A DNA stretch of 64,000 nt from Bacillota bacterium (lineage in GTDB: Bacteria; Bacillota_I; Bacilli_A; Erysipelotrichales; Erysipelotrichaceae): contig JAHFCO010000005.1 of assembly GCA_023249475.1 (NCBI GenBank), positions 10,870-74,869 on the forward strand, given 5' to 3'. Of the stretch, positions 57,325-64,000 are shown in pieces; position 1 is the first letter of the stretch, and every line of letters begins with the position of its first letter. The notes below the pieces were generated by a model that did not search any database, was not told where the DNA came from, and saw only the letters and a list, made by a program, of their open reading frames with translations. The translations under genes and the position numbers were made by a program.

Positions 57325-58187
57325 ACGGTTGGACCCTGATTCCCTTGGTCGCGATTTTCTCCTTGATGTTGTTTAAGAAATGGATCGCCCGCAGCGCGTT
57401 TTCGATCCACGGCAGCAAGCATCTGATGCGCGAGTTGTCCCTCTATGGGACGCACATCAACCTTACGACCTACTATCTCTGGCATATCGGCGCTCTGCTT
57501 GGCGTCGTCGCGTTTGGCGGAATGTTTGAACTGCAGACGTCCTATGTTCTGATCCTCGGGATCGCGGCGTTCCTGCAGGTTCCGGCGGCGTTGACGTGGC
57601 ATGCGATCTACCGTCACGAAGAGTACCGCTTCTTTCAATTGACCTCTTTCCTCCAACAATTCCTCGCCGTGTTCAAGATCCACCCCAAAGTCTACCGGGC
57701 GATCAAAGAATGCCGGAATCAAGTCGATGGCGCCTTGGCGGACGATCTCGATGAATGGATCGTCCGACTCGACGCGGGTCTTTCCCAACAGGAGAGCTGT
57801 GAATCCTTCTTGAGGAACCAACCCCATTTCATCGTCGGGAACCTCGTCCGCTTGATGATGTTTGCGGAAGAGTATGGCGGGAATAAACACTTGGAAGGAT
57901 TGGAGATGATCCAGGACGATATCGAAGACTGGATCGACGATACCGTCACCATGAAGAAAAATCAACGCGGCTTACGCAACCGGATTCTTCTTTTGTGCGG
58001 CATGGCGATGTTGATCGCGATGATGAGCCAAAACATGCTGCTTCGCACGGGTCTGGAAATCAACGAACCGTTTCGAGAAACGACGGTCTTCCTTTTTTTG
58101 ATGTCGATCCAGTTGACGATCCTGATGGCACAGAAACTGGTTTCCGTTCCTTGGATCTCACAGGAGGAAAAACTATGGCGGTCTTGA
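57321..58187 (+). CDS. TadB-like polytopic platform protein (T2SS-F-like)
   Basis: 288 aa. TM helices flank a helical cytoplasmic domain. Position directly after the ATPase gene. Confidence 0.55.
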   Translation: MNGWTLIPLVAIFSLMLFKKWIARSAFSIHGSKHLMRELSLYGTHINLTTYYLWHIGALLGVVAFGGMFELQTSYVLILGIAAFLQVPAALTWHAIYRHEEYRFFQLTSFLQQFLAVFKIHPKVYRAIKECRNQVDGALADDLDEWIVRLDAGLSQQESCESFLRNQPHFIVGNLVRLMMFAEEYGGNKHLEGLEMIQDDIEDWIDDTVTMKKNQRGLRNRILLLCGMAMLIAMMSQNMLLRTGLEINEPFRETTVFLFLMSIQLTILMAQKLVSVPWISQEEKLWRS

Positions 58188-58942
58188 TCGTGAACATCGC
58201 CTTGATCATCCTTGCGACGGCGTATCGGAATCAAATCCGTGATACTCTCTTGCGGCATTGGATGGAGAAGGATTTCCGAACGTGCTGTCGGATCACGGGC
58301 GAGAAACATCCGGAAAGCCTGATGGCGAAACGGTGGGGGAACGTACGGAAATCCCTTCCGCTGATCTTGCTTGCATCCTTCTTTCGTGAACCGATCAAAG
58401 CCGAGGTAATTTTCATTCTGCTCTTGGCGTATCGATATGAGTCCCCCTATTTGAAATTGAAAACGTCGACGCGGAAATTGAAGTCGCAGATCCGGTATCA
58501 GTTCCCGATCTATCTTCGCCAGATCCAGGTGTTGCTTCAAAACAACACCGTGGTGACGGCGATCGAACGATCACTGGTCTATGCGCCGTCATTGTTTCAA
58601 GAAGAAGTCTCGCATCTTGCGGCGCAGTTGCGCGACCGTCCGCAAGATTTGGACCCCTACCTGGATTTCCTTTCCTTCTACGAGTTGCCGGAAATCGCCA
58701 GAGCCATGAAGTTGCTTTATCGCTATAACACGGTCGGTCAGGCCGATTCATATCACCAGTTGAACCGCATGATCCAGTCGACATCGAAATGGCTGCGGGA
58801 TGAGCGGATCTCCCGTAAACAGAGCTCCCTGTTGGCCTACCAGTGGTGGGGGATGGTTCCGCTGTTGGGTGTCACGCTTCTGTTTTTGACGGTGATGATG
58901 AACATCCTGATGACCATGTTTGGAAAGGGGGTGAGCGGATGA
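58175..58942 (+). CDS. TadC-like polytopic platform protein (T2SS-F-like)
   Basis: Within ORF 57995..58942. ATG 58175 follows AGGAGGAAAA. Same TM/helical/TM layout as the preceding gene. Confidence 0.55.
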   Translation: MAVLIVNIALIILATAYRNQIRDTLLRHWMEKDFRTCCRITGEKHPESLMAKRWGNVRKSLPLILLASFFREPIKAEVIFILLLAYRYESPYLKLKTSTRKLKSQIRYQFPIYLRQIQVLLQNNTVVTAIERSLVYAPSLFQEEVSHLAAQLRDRPQDLDPYLDFLSFYELPEIARAMKLLYRYNTVGQADSYHQLNRMIQSTSKWLRDERISRKQSSLLAYQWWGMVPLLGVTLLFLTVMMNILMTMFGKGVSG

Positions 58943-59091
58943 AAGCATTTTTCGAAGAGTATGGATTGGTATTGGTTGTCACGGTCATCGCGACCGGAAT
59001 GATTCTGTTCTCGGAGGGGTTTAAAACGACGATGCAGGAAACCTTGACGAACCAGTGGTCGCAAATGACGACCTCGACCACCAACCCGTAA
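58939..59091 (+). CDS. Flp-like small pilin candidate
   Basis: Within ORF 58843..59091. 50 aa, MKAFFEEYGLVLVVTVIATGMILF. An EY motif precedes a hydrophobic helix as in Flp pilins, but there is almost no leader. Confidence 0.45.
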   Translation: MKAFFEEYGLVLVVTVIATGMILFSEGFKTTMQETLTNQWSQMTTSTTNP

Positions 59092-59092
59092 C

Positions 59093-59431
59093 ATGAAGGG
59101 AGCGTTCGAGACCGCGATCGTGATTTTCTTCGGAATGATGTTTCTTTGGATGGGGATCAGCATGGTTCAAGTCATGTGGGCGTATAACCAAGCCCGCTAC
59201 ATGCAGGAGTATGTCGTATCGAAAATCGAGCGGCAAAATCGCTACGACGCCGACGTGCATGCCTTGATCTTGGCGGGCGCCCCTGAATGTGAGCGTTGTC
59301 TGTTGCAGATCGAACCGGAAGAAACGGATTCGCGGCGTTTAAAGGTCAGTGTGATGTTTCCGATACGGATTTCCGTCTTTGGAATCGATGCGGCAGGGAA
59401 GACCGTCGCTACGACACGCCCCATCTCCTAA
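59093..59431 (+). CDS. TadE-like pseudopilin candidate
   Basis: 112 aa. MKGAFETAIVIFFGMMFLWMG resembles the TadE N-terminal motif. Confidence 0.5.
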   Translation: MKGAFETAIVIFFGMMFLWMGISMVQVMWAYNQARYMQEYVVSKIERQNRYDADVHALILAGAPECERCLLQIEPEETDSRRLKVSVMFPIRISVFGIDAAGKTVATTRPIS

Positions 59432-59453
59432 GTGCAGCCATGCTGCACTTTTG
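59431..59453 (+). terminator. Terminator after the Tad-like locus
   Basis: AGTGCAGC-CAT-GCTGCACT followed by TTT. Confidence 0.75.
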
Positions 59454-59459
59454 ATCTGT

Positions 59460-59488
59460 TTGTGAAGGGGACTAAAATAAGGTACAAT
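59460..59488 (+). promoter_or_regulatory. Putative sigma-A promoter of coaX
   Basis: TTGTGA-17 nt-TACAAT. Confidence 0.45.
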
Positions 59489-59509
59489 AGGAATGCATGG
59501 AGGTAAGAT

Positions 59510-60280
59510 ATGCTACTTACGATCGATATCGGAAACACAAATGTCGTCGCCGTCATCTATGATGAGAAGAAGGCGCGCCGCTATACGCAGCGGTTTCAAA
59601 CCATGAAGGAAAAGCCGTTGGAGTTCTATACGAACTGGCTAACCTCGGATCTTTTGCCGAACATCGCCGATCTCCCCGTTTCGGCATATTGCCTGAGTTG
59701 CGTCGTCCCATCCATCGTCGACGATGTCCGTACCGCACTCACCACCGTACTGGGTGTAAAGGGGGTCAATGTCTCGACAAAGACCGTCCCCGATTTTATC
59801 GTCCATCTCACCCGCCCCGATGAACTCGGTGCGGATTTCATCGCGACCGCTTTCGGTGCCATGGCGAAGTATGATTTACCCATCATCCTGGCGGATTTGG
59901 GCTCGGCGACGAAAATCAGCGTTTTGAATGCGAGAGGGGAGTTTGAAGGCGGGATCATCAGCCCGGGGGTCGGGATTTCGATCGATGCCCTGAACCGTTT
60001 CATCCCCCATTTACCTGAAATTAAAATGGAAGTGCCCACCAAAGTCATCGGGAAGGATACGATCACCTCGATGCAATCCGGGTGGCTATACGGTACGATC
60101 GCTTCCGTCGAAGGATTGGCCGATAAAATCGAACGGGAAGTGGGCATGGATTGTGTGCGAGTCCTGACGGGAGGCTACTCCATTTCTCTGCATTCATCCT
60201 TCACGGGATTTTCATTCGACGAATTTCTGTTGAATGAAGGATTGTATGAAATCTATCGTAAAACTCACGGTTCATTTTAG
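59510..60280 (+). CDS. coaX: Type III pantothenate kinase
   Basis: 256 aa. MLLTIDIGNTN, DLGSATK and ISPG motifs. Confidence 0.92.
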   Translation: MLLTIDIGNTNVVAVIYDEKKARRYTQRFQTMKEKPLEFYTNWLTSDLLPNIADLPVSAYCLSCVVPSIVDDVRTALTTVLGVKGVNVSTKTVPDFIVHLTRPDELGADFIATAFGAMAKYDLPIILADLGSATKISVLNARGEFEGGIISPGVGISIDALNRFIPHLPEIKMEVPTKVIGKDTITSMQSGWLYGTIASVEGLADKIEREVGMDCVRVLTGGYSISLHSSFTGFSFDEFLLNEGLYEIYRKTHGSF

Positions 60281-60344
60281 TCCTTTTGTCCTTTACAAAC
60301 GCCCGTAAATCGTTTATTATTAGAACTGCTCACTGAGCAATTAT

Positions 60345-60422
60345 GGCGGTCGTGGCGAAGCTGGTTAACGCATCGGATTGTGGCTCCGACATTCGCGGGT
60401 TCGAGCCCCGTCGATCGCCCCA
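60345..60422 (+). tRNA. tRNA-His (anticodon GTG) with genome-encoded G-1 and 3' CCA
   Basis: Acceptor GCGGTCG/CGATCGC, an extra 5' G opposite discriminator C, anticodon loop TTGTGGC, T-arm GCGGG-TTCGAGC-CCCGT. Close to Bacillus tRNA-His as I recall it. Confidence 0.93.
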
Positions 60423-60432
60423 TAGTAAAATC

Positions 60433-60457
60433 AAGGAACTTCGGTTCCTTTTTTTTG
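60433..60457 (+). terminator. Terminator after tRNA-His
   Basis: AAGGAAC-TTCG-GTTCCTT followed by TTTTTT. Confidence 0.88.
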
Positions 60458-60530
60458 TCTTCAGGATAAATGCCCGGGCCAATGAAAACGCATACATTAT
60501 GCGTGGGATTCAGTTTTCTCACAAGATTGA

Positions 60531-60544
60531 TGTAAATATTTACA
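60531..60544. promoter_or_regulatory. Perfect 14-bp palindrome TGTAAATATTTACA upstream of the ABC operon promoter
   Basis: 7+7 inverted repeat located 49 nt upstream of the -35 hexamer. Confidence 0.4.
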
Positions 60545-60592
60545 TTCAGTGAAAATAAATGCATTTAAGTGAAAATAATGTGAAATAAAACG

Positions 60593-60620
60593 TTGACATC
60601 GATTTTCAATCGGTTATAAT
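60593..60620 (+). promoter_or_regulatory. Sigma-A promoter of the opp/dpp-type operon
   Basis: TTGACA-16 nt-TATAAT. RBS AAAGGAGAG downstream. Confidence 0.6.
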
Positions 60621-60648
60621 TTCACTATGTTAAAGGAGAGAGGGAACT

Positions 60649-62262
60649 ATGAAACACCTTAAACGCTTACTCTTGAGTCTAGTCGTGTTGGTTCTGGCGG
60701 TCGGTTGCGCGCCGGCGAAGGAAGAGACCGAACAGGTACTTCGCATCGCGAAAGACAACGACGTATCTTCACTGGATACCAACGTTGCGACCGACGGTCT
60801 ATCTTTTGAAGTCATCAAAACCTTCACCGAAGGTTTGATGGAATATGACGCCGACGGGAACATCGTTCCGGGTGTCGCGTTGGATTACGAAGTGTCCGCC
60901 GACGGCACCGTGTATACGTTCAACTTGCGCGATGACGCGAAATGGTCCAACGGCGATCCCGTGACCGCCGCCGACTTCGTCTTCAGTTGGAGACGCTTGG
61001 TCGATCCGGCGTTGGCGACCGAATATTCCTATATGGCTGAAGGGATCATGATTAAGAACGCGACGGCCGTCATCAAAGGCGAGAAGCCCTTGACCGAGTT
61101 GGGTGTCGCCGCATTGGATGCGACGACCTTCCAAGTCACCTTGGACGCGGCCGTACCGTACTTCATCCAATTGATGACCTTCCCTGTCTTCCACCCCTTG
61201 AACGAAGCCTTCGTCACGGCGAAAGGCGATGCCTATGCCAAGAGCGCAGACGCATTGCTTTCCAACGGCCCGTGGGTTGTTACTGAGTGGACCGAAGGCA
61301 CGAAAATCCGTGTCGAGAAGAACGATACCTACTGGAACGCGGATGAAATCAGCCTCGACGCCATCGAGTTCCTGATCATCAAAGACTACCAGACGGCCGC
61401 GCTGCAATTCGAAAACGGCGAAGTCGACATGGCGAAAATCTCCGCCGACCTGGTCGACCGCTATAAAGACGAAGACTTCTTCGAAACCAAGAAGCTGGGT
61501 TACACCTGGTATGTCGCCCCGAACCAATTGGTGGCTGAACTGCAGAACGAAAACCTGCGTCTCGCCTTGGCGACCAGCTTCGACAAATCCTTCATCACCG
61601 AAAGCATCCTCCACGACGGATCCAACGTCGCCGACTACATCGTACCGATCGGATTGGCGACGGGACCGGACGGAAAAGATTTCCGCGACGGGGCTGAAAC
61701 CTTCTTGTCCTTCGACGCCGCGAAAGCATTGGAATACTGGAATGCGGCCAAGGCCGAACTGGGCGTCGAAACCTTGACCCTCGAACTGTTGGTCGACGAT
61801 GCCGCGGATACGAAAGCCGTCTCCGAATTCCTGCAGACGGAATGGCAGACCAATCTTCCGGGCTTGACGGTGACCATCCAAGTCCAACCGAAGAAGAACC
61901 GCTTGCAGTTGATGCGTGATGGAACCTATCAATTGGGTCTGACCCGTTGGGGTCCCGACTACGCCGACCCGTTCACCTACTTGGGCGACTTGTTCCAAAC
62001 CGGGGTCAACTACAACTACGGACGCTTCTCGGATGCCGAATACGATGCTCTGGTTCAAAGCACCGCGCCGGGCGGAGCGCTTTCCACCGATGCCGCGGCC
62101 CGTTGGGCAGCCTTGCATGAAGCCGAAGCCATCCTCCTTGAACAAGCCGGGATCCTGCCGACATGGCAATCCGGCGAAGCGATGCTGGTCAATCCGGATG
62201 TCAGCGGATATGAATTCCACGTTGTCGGACAACCGTCGTACCGCAACGTCGTCAAAAAGTAA
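60649..62262 (+). CDS. ABC transporter substrate-binding lipoprotein, family 5 (oligopeptide/dipeptide type)
   Basis: 537 aa. Lipobox LAVGCA. Pattern typical of SBP_bac_5 proteins. Confidence 0.9.
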   Translation: MKHLKRLLLSLVVLVLAVGCAPAKEETEQVLRIAKDNDVSSLDTNVATDGLSFEVIKTFTEGLMEYDADGNIVPGVALDYEVSADGTVYTFNLRDDAKWSNGDPVTAADFVFSWRRLVDPALATEYSYMAEGIMIKNATAVIKGEKPLTELGVAALDATTFQVTLDAAVPYFIQLMTFPVFHPLNEAFVTAKGDAYAKSADALLSNGPWVVTEWTEGTKIRVEKNDTYWNADEISLDAIEFLIIKDYQTAALQFENGEVDMAKISADLVDRYKDEDFFETKKLGYTWYVAPNQLVAELQNENLRLALATSFDKSFITESILHDGSNVADYIVPIGLATGPDGKDFRDGAETFLSFDAAKALEYWNAAKAELGVETLTLELLVDDAADTKAVSEFLQTEWQTNLPGLTVTIQVQPKKNRLQLMRDGTYQLGLTRWGPDYADPFTYLGDLFQTGVNYNYGRFSDAEYDALVQSTAPGGALSTDAAARWAALHEAEAILLEQAGILPTWQSGEAMLVNPDVSGYEFHVVGQPSYRNVVKK

Positions 62263-62270
62263 ATCGTCGT

Positions 62271-62309
62271 GAGGAAACCTCCGCTTAGGCGTTGGTTTCC
62301 TCTTCTTTT
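62271..62309 (+). terminator. Intra-operon hairpin between the SBP and permease genes (partial terminator/processing site)
   Basis: GAGGAAACC-14 nt-GGTTTCCTC followed by TTCTTTT. Confidence 0.55.
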
Positions 62310-62324
62310 AAGAGAGGTAATCCC

Positions 62325-63260
62325 ATGACAAAATTCATTGCGAAACGCATCCTGCTTTCGCTGGCGACTCTCTTTGTAATCCTGTTCATCTTGTTCCTGT
62401 TACTTCAATTCATGCCCGGAAGCCCGTTCAACGATGAAAAGTTGACGGCAGCCCAACAAGCGGTTCTGATGGCGAAATACGGATTGGACAAACCGTTTTT
62501 CATCCGATTCTGGATTTATCTGCAAAACGTCGTCCTTCGCGGTGATTTCGGTATTTCATACGCCATTAAGAAAGATATGCTGGTTTCCGGAATCGTCATC
62601 GCCCGTTTGGGGACGTCGGTCCGGATCGGCTTACAAGCCTTGTTGTTGGGAGTGAGTCTTGGAGTCTTGTTCGGGGTGATCTCGGGATCCAAGCGGAATA
62701 CCTGGATGGATTCGATGGCGACCGTCGCTGCGGTCATCGGCGTCAGCATCCCGTCCTATGTATTGGCCTTGGTGCTGAGTTTCGTGCTCGGCTACAAATT
62801 CCGCATCTTCAGCATCACCTATCAAGTCGATCAACCGTTATGGTCTTCGATCCTACCGACCATCGCCTTGTCCTTCTTCGTCATGGCGCAGACAACCCGT
62901 TTTCTGCGTACGGAACTCATCGAAGTCCTGGCTTCGGACTATGTCAAACTGGTCGACGCGAAGGGAGTCGCGCGACCCAAAGTCATTCTTCGCCATGGAC
63001 TACGCAACGCGATGATTTCGGTCATCACGATCCTGGGCCCGCTGACCGTCAACCTGATGACCGGTTCGTTGGTCGTCGAGCGCGTCTATGGCATCCCGGG
63101 CATCGGCAGTCTTCTGGTCGAGGGGATCCAGGTCAACGATTACAACGTCATCATCATGATTGCGTTCGTTTATAGCGCACTGTACATTTTCGTCAACTTG
63201 ATCGTGGACATACTCTACGGTGTCATCGACCCGCGCATCCGGGTCGCGAAGGGAGGGTAA
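62325..63260 (+). CDS. ABC transporter permease (OppB/DppB type)
   Basis: Within ORF 62292..63260. Starts MTKFIAKRILLSL. Contains the EAA-like loop region. Confidence 0.9.
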   Translation: MTKFIAKRILLSLATLFVILFILFLLLQFMPGSPFNDEKLTAAQQAVLMAKYGLDKPFFIRFWIYLQNVVLRGDFGISYAIKKDMLVSGIVIARLGTSVRIGLQALLLGVSLGVLFGVISGSKRNTWMDSMATVAAVIGVSIPSYVLALVLSFVLGYKFRIFSITYQVDQPLWSSILPTIALSFFVMAQTTRFLRTELIEVLASDYVKLVDAKGVARPKVILRHGLRNAMISVITILGPLTVNLMTGSLVVERVYGIPGIGSLLVEGIQVNDYNVIIMIAFVYSALYIFVNLIVDILYGVIDPRIRVAKGG

Positions 63261-63261
63261 G

Positions 63262-64000
63262 ATGGACGATCGAAAAGAACGTTTTAACCGCGTCCAGCTT
63301 CGCGACTCCAAACAACAGGAAATGCTGGTCGGATCGACCACGCCTTTTCTCAAGGATGCCTGGCGGCGGTTCACGAAAAACAAAGGGGCGTTGGTCGGAC
63401 TGGTCGCCATCGCCGTGATCTTCCTGTTCGCGCTGATCGGACCCTACATCAACGAACATGCCTACAACGTCTTGGACAAGATCCACATCAATCTTCCGCC
63501 CCGCATCCCGTTTCTGGAAAAGCTCGGGATTTTCGACGGATCGGAAGGGAACTACAACCCCTACATCGAAAAAGGGTTCACCAACGACTATTTCTGGTTT
63601 GGGACCGACGTCCTGGGACGCGACCTTTGGGATCGCGTCTGGATGGGGACGCGTATCAGTTTCTATATCGCGATGGTCGCCGTCGGCATCGACATGGTCA
63701 TCGGGATCGGTTACGGCATGGTTTCCGGATTTTTCGGGGGCAAGGTCGACATGGTGATGCAACGCATCGTCGAAATCCTCTCCGGGATCCCCAACCTTGT
63801 CGTCGTCACCTTGTTCGTGTTGGTGTTGAAACCCGGCATGGTTTCGATCATCCTGGCCTTGATGATCACAGGTTGGATCTCGATGAGCCGCGTCGTCCGC
63901 TCGCAAGTGTTGAAAATGAAGGAACACGAATTCATCCTCGCCGCGAAGACGTTGGGCGCGAATTCGTTTGTCATCCTATTTAAAGAATTGTTGCCCAACA
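63262..64000 (+). CDS. ABC transporter permease (OppC/DppC type), 3' end truncated by the window
   Basis: My own translation from ATG 63262 (after GGGAGGG) stays open to the window end: MDDRKERFNRV...FGTDVLGRDLWDRVW...MQRIVEILSGIPNL. It is absent from the ORF track because it has no stop. Confidence 0.85.
   Translation, partial: MDDRKERFNRVQLRDSKQQEMLVGSTTPFLKDAWRRFTKNKGALVGLVAIAVIFLFALIGPYINEHAYNVLDKIHINLPPRIPFLEKLGIFDGSEGNYNPYIEKGFTNDYFWFGTDVLGRDLWDRVWMGTRISFYIAMVAVGIDMVIGIGYGMVSGFFGGKVDMVMQRIVEILSGIPNLVVVTLFVLVLKPGMVSIILALMITGWISMSRVVRSQVLKMKEHEFILAAKTLGANSFVILFKELLPN

Noticed and set aside
60280-60460. tRNA-His as an integration hotspot or genomic-island border.
   Set aside because: There is no integrase, no direct repeat of the tRNA 3' end, and no compositionally foreign genes on either side. 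The flanks are coaX and an opp-type operon.
60542-60556. CodY box upstream of the peptide ABC operon.
   Set aside because: My best alignment to AATTTTCWGAAAATT matches only about 10 of 15 positions. It is kept as a hypothesis inside the finding on that region and is not called as a feature.

Overview
Densely coded, almost entirely core-chromosomal window from a monoderm Bacillota-type genome. The gene order resembles the Bacillus yloA-rpmB region, but the lineage cannot be assigned from sequence alone. Coding regions are GC-rich at third codon positions and the intergenic regions are AT-rich.

Gene order:
- CIRCE-controlled hrcA-grpE-dnaK-dnaJ, followed directly by a clpB that has its own CIRCE.
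- Small unknown genes: a LUD-domain protein, a UPF0104 membrane protein, an SDR epimerase, a lipoprotein and a YgjP-like metallopeptidase.
- rqcH on the minus strand.
- gmk-priA-rsmB-rlmN-stp-prkC-rsgA-rpe-thiN, convergent with rpmB. rpoZ, coaBC, def and fmt are not in this block.
- ftsA-ftsZ.
- A three-gene DUF2089 operon, followed by a ~440-nt ORF-free region of repeated hairpin units that ends in a terminator.
- GNAT-nadE-AI-2E transporter-degV.
- Type III glutamine synthetase, sua5/tsaC, archaeal-type PEP carboxylase, DUF2294, a NifU-like protein and a YuiD-like protein.
- S1-domain protein and pgi.
- LtaS-like sulfatase and an ApbE lipoprotein.
- An rnfCDGEA-x-B operon of atypical architecture.
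- LytS/LytTR, cstA, a second LUD protein and an FMN-dependent hydroxyacid oxidase.
- A compact six-gene Tad-like pilus locus.
- coaX, tRNA-His, and the start of an opp/dpp-type ABC operon.

I saw no transposases, integrases, CRISPR arrays, rRNA or recognisable defence genes.

Most worth a second look:
1. The Rnf operon: paralogous FMN_bind modules are appended to both RnfD and RnfG, RnfB is reduced to its N-terminal Fe-S domain, and there is an extra Cys-rich mini-ORF.
2. The tandem-repeat structured-RNA candidate at 26991-27434.
3. The minimal Tad-like locus.
4. A 16-nt palindromic promoter element present twice (39696 and 44558).

All functional calls rest on recognising protein motifs and families by eye in the supplied translations. 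No database search was possible.
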